Source: Candidatus Syntropharchaeum caldarium
Lineage (GTDB): Archaea > Halobacteriota > Syntropharchaeia > Syntropharchaeales > Syntropharchaeaceae
DNA length: 32,000 nucleotides
Assembly: GCA_001766815.1 (NCBI GenBank)
Contig: LYOS01000003.1
Location: 1-32,000, forward strand
Direction: 5' to 3'
Below, piece by piece: positions 24,645 to 32,000 of the stretch; the stretch's first letter is position 1; each line of letters begins with the position of its first letter. A program made the translations under genes and the position numbers. The notes under the pieces are model-generated. The model saw only the letters and a list, made by a program, of their open reading frames with translations, ran no database searches and was not told the origin of the DNA.

Positions 24645-27600
24645 TTGTTAAACAGACGTATATTGTCGGAGGCGTATTTTACAAAGGATAAGCTCGTGCA
24701 GCATCACATCGATTCGTTCAACGAGTTTCTCGAACATAGACTTCAGGCGATTGTTGATGAGCAGGGAGTGATCGAGACAACAATTGAGGGGGGTTCTGAT
24801 CAGGATAAGTACAGGGTGTATGTTCAACTCGGTGAGATCAGAGTCTCTACACCCAAGGTCAAAGAGGCGGATGGATCGCGGGAAAATCTTTTTCCAGCAC
24901 AGGCACGCCTTAGAAACCTCACCTATTCCGCTCCGATCAACCTCGTGATGAAGGTTATACAGGAGTATGTGGCGAGTGGTGAGACCAACGAAATTTTAGT
25001 GGAAGAGGTTGAGATCGGCGAACTTCCAATAATGGTTGGATCAAAGGCATGCAACCTCAAAGGACTCTCAAAAGAAGAGAGAATCAGAGCAGGCGAGGAT
25101 CCACTTGACCCAGGAGGATATTTCATCATTAACGGCACGGAACGGGTTGTTATAACACTCGAAGATCTTGCGCCAAATAAGATACTTACCGAATATGAGA
25201 TGCGTTACGGAGATCAGGTCGAGATTGCAAAGGTCTTCTCGCAGCGATACGGCTACAGGGCGCTTGTGGTCATCGAACGTAACCGCAAATCAATCCTTGA
25301 AGTCTCATTCCCATCGATTCCTGGTAAAATCAACTTTGTAACGCTGATGCGGGCACTTGGTCTTGAAACCGACGAAGAGATCGTGAACGCTGTATCAGAC
25401 GATCCAGAGATCATCAAGTTCATGATGGAGAACCTGGAAGAGGCAGAGGTTGAAACTACTGAGGATGCAATGGATAAACTCGAGAAGAAGATCGCATCAG
25501 GGCAGGCAAAGGAGTATCGTGAGATAAGAACAAAGTATGTCCTCGACAGGTATTTGCTCCCGCATCTTGGTGAAGGAGAGGAGTCGTACATCAAGAAAGC
25601 GCATTTCCTTGGTAGAATGGCTGAGGCATGCTTTGAACTTGCACTCGGACGCAGGGGTGAGGATGACAAGGATCATTACACAAATAAAAGGCTCAAACTC
25701 TCTGGTGAACTGATGGAGGACCTCTTCCGTGTTGCGTTCAATCGACTCCTCAAGGACATAAAGTACCAGCTTGAGCGGGCACATATGCGAAACAGAGAGC
25801 TCCAGGTTTCAACTGCTATACGATCTGATGTCCTGACAGAGCGTCTTTTCCATCCACTTGCAACCGGCAACTGGGTTGGTGGACGAACAGGGGTCTCACA
25901 GCTCCTGGACAGAACAGACTACATGTCATTTCTTTCACATTTAAGACGGCTCATATCACCGTTGTCCCGTTCCCAGCCTCACTTTGAGGCACGAGATCTG
26001 CATCCCACCCAGTGGGGAAGGATCTGTCCGTCAGAGACACCAGAAGGACCAAATTGTGGGCTTGTCAAGAACTTTGCCCAGATGGTCGAGTTATCACGTG
26101 ATATAACCGAGGAGGAAAACGCGAAACTCAACGAAGCACTCGAAGAGCTTGGTATGATACCAATGAGCCGACTGACCCATGCCACAGAATCTGAAGGGAT
26201 GCCAGAACCTAACACAAGAATCTTCCACAACGGTGATCTGATCGGTATGTGCGCCAATCCATCTGAGATAGTGCGATCAATAATCCAGATGCGCCGAGAA
26301 GGAGCGATTTCAAGATATATAAATATCGCCTATCATGGAACAACCAAGGAAGTATTTATAAACTCAGATCGTGGGCGGATGCGCAGGCCGCTGATCGTGG
26401 TAGAGGCTGGATCACCTCGCATTACAAACGATCACATCGAACATCTCGCAAAGGGGAACATAAAATTTGATGATCTGGTTGATAACGGTTTTATCGAGTT
26501 TCTTGATCCTGAAGAAGAAGAGGACGCGCTGGTTGCAATAAACGAGGAGGATCTCACGCTCAACCACACACACCTTGAGCTTGATCCTGCACTGATTCTT
26601 GGAATCTGCGCAGGTATGGTTCCCTACCCTGAACACAACGCCTCGCCGCGTAATACGATGGGCGCTGGAATGATAAAGCAGTCACTGGGGGTCAGCGCAA
26701 CAAATTTCAAACTGCGAGGAGATACGACAAACCACCTTCTGCACTATCCACAACGTGCAATCACAAATACACAGACAGCAACCTCGATAGGCTTCAACGA
26801 GCGGCCATCGGGGCAGAATTTTGTTGTAGCAATCCTCTCTTATGAAGGGTACAACATCGAGGATGCATTGATCGTGAATAAAGGATCGATTGAGCGTGGA
26901 CTTGGAAGAAGTCACTTCTTCAGGACGTACGGTGGGGAAGAGAATCGCTACCCGGGTGGACAGGAGGATATATTTGAGGTACCTGATATCGAGGTTGCAG
27001 GGTGCAGGGGCAGTGAGTTCTACAGCCATCTTGACAGCGATGGTATCGTAAACCCTGAGACCGTTGTTGGCCCAAATGATGTTTTGATCGGGCGAACAAG
27101 CCCACCGAGATTCCTCGAAGAACCAGCCGATATCGGCATTACACCCCAGCAACGCAGAGAAACATCGATTACGATGCGTTCGAACGAGAAAGGGGTTGTT
27201 GATACGGTCATCCTCTCTGAATCTGAGAATGGATCGAAACTTGTTAAAGTGACTGTGAGAGACCAGCGAATACCTGAAATTGGAGATAAGTTTGCATCCA
27301 GACACGGACAAAAAGGCGTAATCGGATTGATCCTTCCTACAACCGATATGCCGTTCACAGAGAGCGGTCTCGTACCGGATCTCATTGTGAACCCACATGC
27401 GATTCCTTCAAGGATGACGGTTGGGCATGTGCTTGAGATGATCGGGGGTAAAGTCGGTTCGATGGAAGGCAGATTCATCGATGCCACCGCCTTCTCTGGT
27501 GAAAAGGAAACTGACCTCAGATCGGCGCTTGCGAAGTTTGGGTTCTCACACACGGGTAAGGAGGTCATGTACAACGGAATCACAGGTGAAAAGTTCAATG

Positions 27601-28019
27601 TTGATATATTCGTCGGCGTTATCCTTTACCAGAAGCTATACCACATGGTTGCATCCAAAGTACATGCCAGATCAAAAGGTCCTGTACAGGTTCTAACGCG
27701 CCAGCCGACCGAAGGGAGAGCAAGGGAAGGTGGATTGAGATTTGGTGAGATGGAACGGGACGTACTGATTGGATATGGTGCATCACTCACGCTCAAGGAG
27801 CGATTGCTTGATGAGTCGGACAAAGTTGTGTTGCTTGTATGTGAACGTTGCGGGATGGTCGCAAACTTCGACAGGAGATTGAATCGTGTTCACTGCCCTA
27901 ACTGTCAGTCAGATACTGACATCCACTATGTTGAGATGAGCTATGCCTTCAAGCTCTTGCTGGATGAGATGAAGGCACTCTGTATTACGCCGCGTCTTGT
28001 CCTGGAGGACGCCGCGTAG
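24645..28019 (+). CDS. rpoB: DNA-directed RNA polymerase subunit B (Rpo2), encoded as a single unsplit polypeptide
   Basis: 1124 aa with a TTG start after GGGGGT. Conserved blocks include [49 protein letters not shown] and the C-terminal Zn ribbon CERCG...CPNC. There is no stop at the position where methanogen B''/B' genes are split. Confidence 0.92.
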   Translation: MLNRRILSEAYFTKDKLVQHHIDSFNEFLEHRLQAIVDEQGVIETTIEGGSDQDKYRVYVQLGEIRVSTPKVKEADGSRENLFPAQARLRNLTYSAPINLVMKVIQEYVASGETNEILVEEVEIGELPIMVGSKACNLKGLSKEERIRAGEDPLDPGGYFIINGTERVVITLEDLAPNKILTEYEMRYGDQVEIAKVFSQRYGYRALVVIERNRKSILEVSFPSIPGKINFVTLMRALGLETDEEIVNAVSDDPEIIKFMMENLEEAEVETTEDAMDKLEKKIASGQAKEYREIRTKYVLDRYLLPHLGEGEESYIKKAHFLGRMAEACFELALGRRGEDDKDHYTNKRLKLSGELMEDLFRVAFNRLLKDIKYQLERAHMRNRELQVSTAIRSDVLTERLFHPLATGNWVGGRTGVSQLLDRTDYMSFLSHLRRLISPLSRSQPHFEARDLHPTQWGRICPSETPEGPNCGLVKNFAQMVELSRDITEEENAKLNEALEELGMIPMSRLTHATESEGMPEPNTRIFHNGDLIGMCANPSEIVRSIIQMRREGAISRYINIAYHGTTKEVFINSDRGRMRRPLIVVEAGSPRITNDHIEHLAKGNIKFDDLVDNGFIEFLDPEEEEDALVAINEEDLTLNHTHLELDPALILGICAGMVPYPEHNASPRNTMGAGMIKQSLGVSATNFKLRGDTTNHLLHYPQRAITNTQTATSIGFNERPSGQNFVVAILSYEGYNIEDALIVNKGSIERGLGRSHFFRTYGGEENRYPGGQEDIFEVPDIEVAGCRGSEFYSHLDSDGIVNPETVVGPNDVLIGRTSPPRFLEEPADIGITPQQRRETSITMRSNEKGVVDTVILSESENGSKLVKVTVRDQRIPEIGDKFASRHGQKGVIGLILPTTDMPFTESGLVPDLIVNPHAIPSRMTVGHVLEMIGGKVGSMEGRFIDATAFSGEKETDLRSALAKFGFSHTGKEVMYNGITGEKFNVDIFVGVILYQKLYHMVASKVHARSKGPVQVLTRQPTEGRAREGGLRFGEMERDVLIGYGASLTLKERLLDESDKVVLLVCERCGMVANFDRRLNRVHCPNCQSDTDIHYVEMSYAFKLLLDEMKALCITPRLVLEDAA

Positions 28020-28029
28020 GAGGAATGAA

Positions 28030-30657
28030 ATGATCGCAAACCCAAAACGGATAAAATCAATAAAATTCGGTATCTTCTCACCAAAAGAGATCAGAAAAAT
28101 GAGTGTAACAAAGATTATAACACCTGACACGTACGATGATGACGGCTTCCCTATCGAGATGGGACTGATGGATCAGCGTCTCGGAGTTATTGACCCAGGA
28201 CTTCGCTGTAAAACTTGTGGTGGAAGGCCTGGCGAGTGTCCGGGTCATTTTGGACATATTGAGCTTGTTGCACCGGTTATTCATGCAGGATATGCACGTC
28301 TCATCAAAAAGATCCTGCGTTCGACGTGTGTATCCTGTAACCGGGTTCTGCTTGAGAAGAAGGATCGGGACAGGTTTGTGACGCAGATCAAGAGATTCCA
28401 GCAGGTAGGTCAGCCACTGGAAGAAATCCTGAAAGAAGTCTTCAAAAAAGCGATGGCCGTTGAAATATGTCCCCACTGTGGAACAAAACAGCCAAAGATC
28501 ACATTCGAATCTCCGACCACATACGAAGAGGATGGACATAAACTCATGCCTGCAGACATCAGAGCACGACTTGAACAGATTCCCGATGAAGATCTTCCTG
28601 TTATGGGTATGAACCCAAAGGAAGTAAGGCCTGAATGGATGGTATTAACCGTTCTTCCTGTTCCGCCGGTTACTGCCCGTCCCTCGATCACGCTTGAGAG
28701 CGGGCAGCGGAGTGAGGATGATCTAACACATAAGCTCGTTGATATAATCCGTATAAACCAGCGTTTTCAGGAAAATAGGGAAGCGGGAGCGCCTCAACTA
28801 ATTATTGAAGATCTTTGGGAGCTTCTTCAGTACCACGTAACAACCTATATCGATAACGAGGTATCAGGCATCCCGCCTGCGAGACACCGCAGTGGAAGAC
28901 CTCTGAAGACCCTCTCACAGCGGCTTAAAGGAAAGGAAGGGCGGTTTAGAGGAAGCTTATCCGGTAAGCGTGTCAACTTCTCAGCCCGTACTGTGATCTC
29001 ACCAGATCCAAACCTGAGCATAAATGAGGTTGGTGTACCGCAACGGATAGCAGAGGAGATGACGATAACCGAGAATGTCACGGATCGAAACTTTGAATCA
29101 ATGCAGAAACTCATAAGGCGCGGAAGGAGATATCCTGCTGCCAACTATGTCAAACGTCTGGATGGCAAGCGTGTGAAGGTAACAGAGGCAAATTATGAGG
29201 AGCTTGCAGATCAGATGCAGGTTGGCTGGAAGGTCGAACGACAGCTCAGGGATGGTGATATCGTCCTTTTCAATCGTCAACCATCACTCCATCGGATGAG
29301 TATAATGGCGCACCGCGTAAAGGTGATGCCAGGCAAGACGTTCCGACTCAACCCCGCTGTCTGCCCGCCGTATAACGCAGACTTTGATGGGGACGAGATG
29401 AACCTCCATGTGCTCCAGAATGAGGAGGCACGGGCAGAGGCCAGGATACTGATGGATGTTGAGATGAATATACTTTCACCACGCTTTGGAGGACCTGTCA
29501 TTGGTGGGATACACGATCATATCTCAGGGCTTTATCTCCTGACAAGGGGTGATATGCGGTTTGATGAGAATGATGCGCTCGAGTTGCTGCGCAGATCCAG
29601 AATCACAGATCTGATTGAGCCATCCGCAGGAGAGGGAAACAACAAACCATACTGGAGCGGAAAGGATATTTTCAGTATGATCCTGCCAGAAGGATTAAAT
29701 TTGAGATTTGAGGCTGAGATATGCCAGAATTGTGATACCTGCCTCAAAGAGCAGTGTGAGCATGATGCTTATGTTGTGATAGAGAACGGCAGGCTTATAA
29801 CCGGCACAATCGATGAGAAAGCGATCGGAGCGTTCAAAGGAAAGATCCTTGATCGAATTACAAAGGAATACGGCTATGATCGTGCGAGAAAGTTCATCGA
29901 CGAAGCCACAAGCCTTGCGATAAGGGCGATAACGCGGCTCGGGTTTAGCTTTGGAATCGATGATGAAGATATACCACCCGATGCACAGCGGCAGATACAG
30001 GCGTCGATCATTGCCACAGAAGAACGGGTTGCTCAACTCGTAGATGCGTACGATAACAATGAGCTTGAACCTCTGCCAGGCAGATCAATCGAGGAGACTC
30101 TTGAGCTTCGGATCATGCAGGAACTTGGAAGAGTTCGTGACGCAGCGGGTGAGATCGCAGGGAAGTATCTTGGTATGGATAACACCGCGGTAGCAATGGC
30201 AGTTTCTGGTGCAAGGGGCTCGATGATGAATCTGACACAGATGGCTGGATGCGTTGGTCAACAGTCAGTACGAGGTGCACGGATCACGCGAGGATTTGAT
30301 AAGAGAACGCTCCCTCATTTTAGACGGGGAGATCTCGGTGCAGCAGCACACGGATTCGTCAAGTCCTCTTACAAAGAGGGATTAAGCCCAACTGAATTTT
30401 TCTTCCATGCGATTGGTGGGAGAGAGGGGCTGGTCGATACTGCAGTGAGGACATCTCAGTCTGGTTACTTCCAGCGTAGACTCATAAACGCACTACAGGA
30501 TATAGAGGTAAAGTACGACAGAACTGTCAGAGAGACACGGGGTATGATAGTCCAGTTTGAGTATGGAGAAGATGGCGTTGATCCATCGCGTGGTGATTAT
30601 GGAAAGTCGGTCAATATCGATCGGATAATAGAGCTTGTCACCGGAGTGGGGGAGTAA
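28030..30657 (+). CDS. rpoA1: DNA-directed RNA polymerase subunit A' (Rpo1N)
   Basis: 875 aa from ATG 28030, with a GGAGGA RBS at 28019-28024. The 27997 start overlaps rpoB. Motifs: FGIFSPKEIRKMS, CKTCGG...CPGHFGHIEL, and the catalytic NADFDGDEMN. Confidence 0.92.
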   Translation: MIANPKRIKSIKFGIFSPKEIRKMSVTKIITPDTYDDDGFPIEMGLMDQRLGVIDPGLRCKTCGGRPGECPGHFGHIELVAPVIHAGYARLIKKILRSTCVSCNRVLLEKKDRDRFVTQIKRFQQVGQPLEEILKEVFKKAMAVEICPHCGTKQPKITFESPTTYEEDGHKLMPADIRARLEQIPDEDLPVMGMNPKEVRPEWMVLTVLPVPPVTARPSITLESGQRSEDDLTHKLVDIIRINQRFQENREAGAPQLIIEDLWELLQYHVTTYIDNEVSGIPPARHRSGRPLKTLSQRLKGKEGRFRGSLSGKRVNFSARTVISPDPNLSINEVGVPQRIAEEMTITENVTDRNFESMQKLIRRGRRYPAANYVKRLDGKRVKVTEANYEELADQMQVGWKVERQLRDGDIVLFNRQPSLHRMSIMAHRVKVMPGKTFRLNPAVCPPYNADFDGDEMNLHVLQNEEARAEARILMDVEMNILSPRFGGPVIGGIHDHISGLYLLTRGDMRFDENDALELLRRSRITDLIEPSAGEGNNKPYWSGKDIFSMILPEGLNLRFEAEICQNCDTCLKEQCEHDAYVVIENGRLITGTIDEKAIGAFKGKILDRITKEYGYDRARKFIDEATSLAIRAITRLGFSFGIDDEDIPPDAQRQIQASIIATEERVAQLVDAYDNNELEPLPGRSIEETLELRIMQELGRVRDAAGEIAGKYLGMDNTAVAMAVSGARGSMMNLTQMAGCVGQQSVRGARITRGFDKRTLPHFRRGDLGAAAHGFVKSSYKEGLSPTEFFFHAIGGREGLVDTAVRTSQSGYFQRRLINALQDIEVKYDRTVRETRGMIVQFEYGEDGVDPSRGDYGKSVNIDRIIELVTGVGE

Positions 30658-32000
<1,343 letters not shown>

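Noticed and set aside
26682-27598. Two long minus-strand ORFs (238 aa and 192 aa) inside rpoB
   Set aside because: Antisense shadows of rpoB. Composition is atypical and there are no motifs.

Overview
Coding-dense archaeal chromosomal window. It looks euryarchaeal, from a methanogen- or methanotroph-like lineage that uses the H4MPT pathway: ftr, the archaeal CxxxY-type ccmE, a PGF-CTERM sorting signal, and a tfb plus rpoH-rpoB-rpoA'-rpoA'' block. Layout, left to right:
(1) PKD surface protein, purC, ftr and one hypothetical gene.
(2) A redox island at about 3.8-11.0 kb, the most interesting part. An Lrp/AsnC regulator with a Cys-rich tail is transcribed divergently from an operon. That operon encodes a small Cys-rich protein, a CooS-scaffold enzyme in which one canonical C-cluster cysteine is replaced by Glu, a 53-aa protein, a cupin, and a secreted HAO-family octahaem cytochrome c carrying a PGF-CTERM anchor. 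A second operon follows: rubrerythrin-like, CGGC, 2x[4Fe-4S] fusion, cupin and DUF166-like.
(3) An AT-rich islet at about 11.0-14.6 kb. It holds a micro-peptide with a polytopic membrane protein, a DsrE-like protein, an OB-NYN RNase, and a Zn-ribbon protein with an internal tandem duplication.
(4) Housekeeping genes: pelota, DUF1786-like, tldD and pmbA.
(5) A 3' remnant of a thiolase gene abutting ccmE-ccmF and a translationally coupled unknown membrane-anchored protein.
(6) An ArsR-like gene coupled to tfb, then tRNA-Lys(UUU), then the RNAP operon with an unsplit rpoB and an rpoA'' carrying an N-terminal HhH-like extension.
I found no CRISPR array, rRNA, transposase or integrase. All functional calls rest on motif recognition by eye. 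No database search was run.
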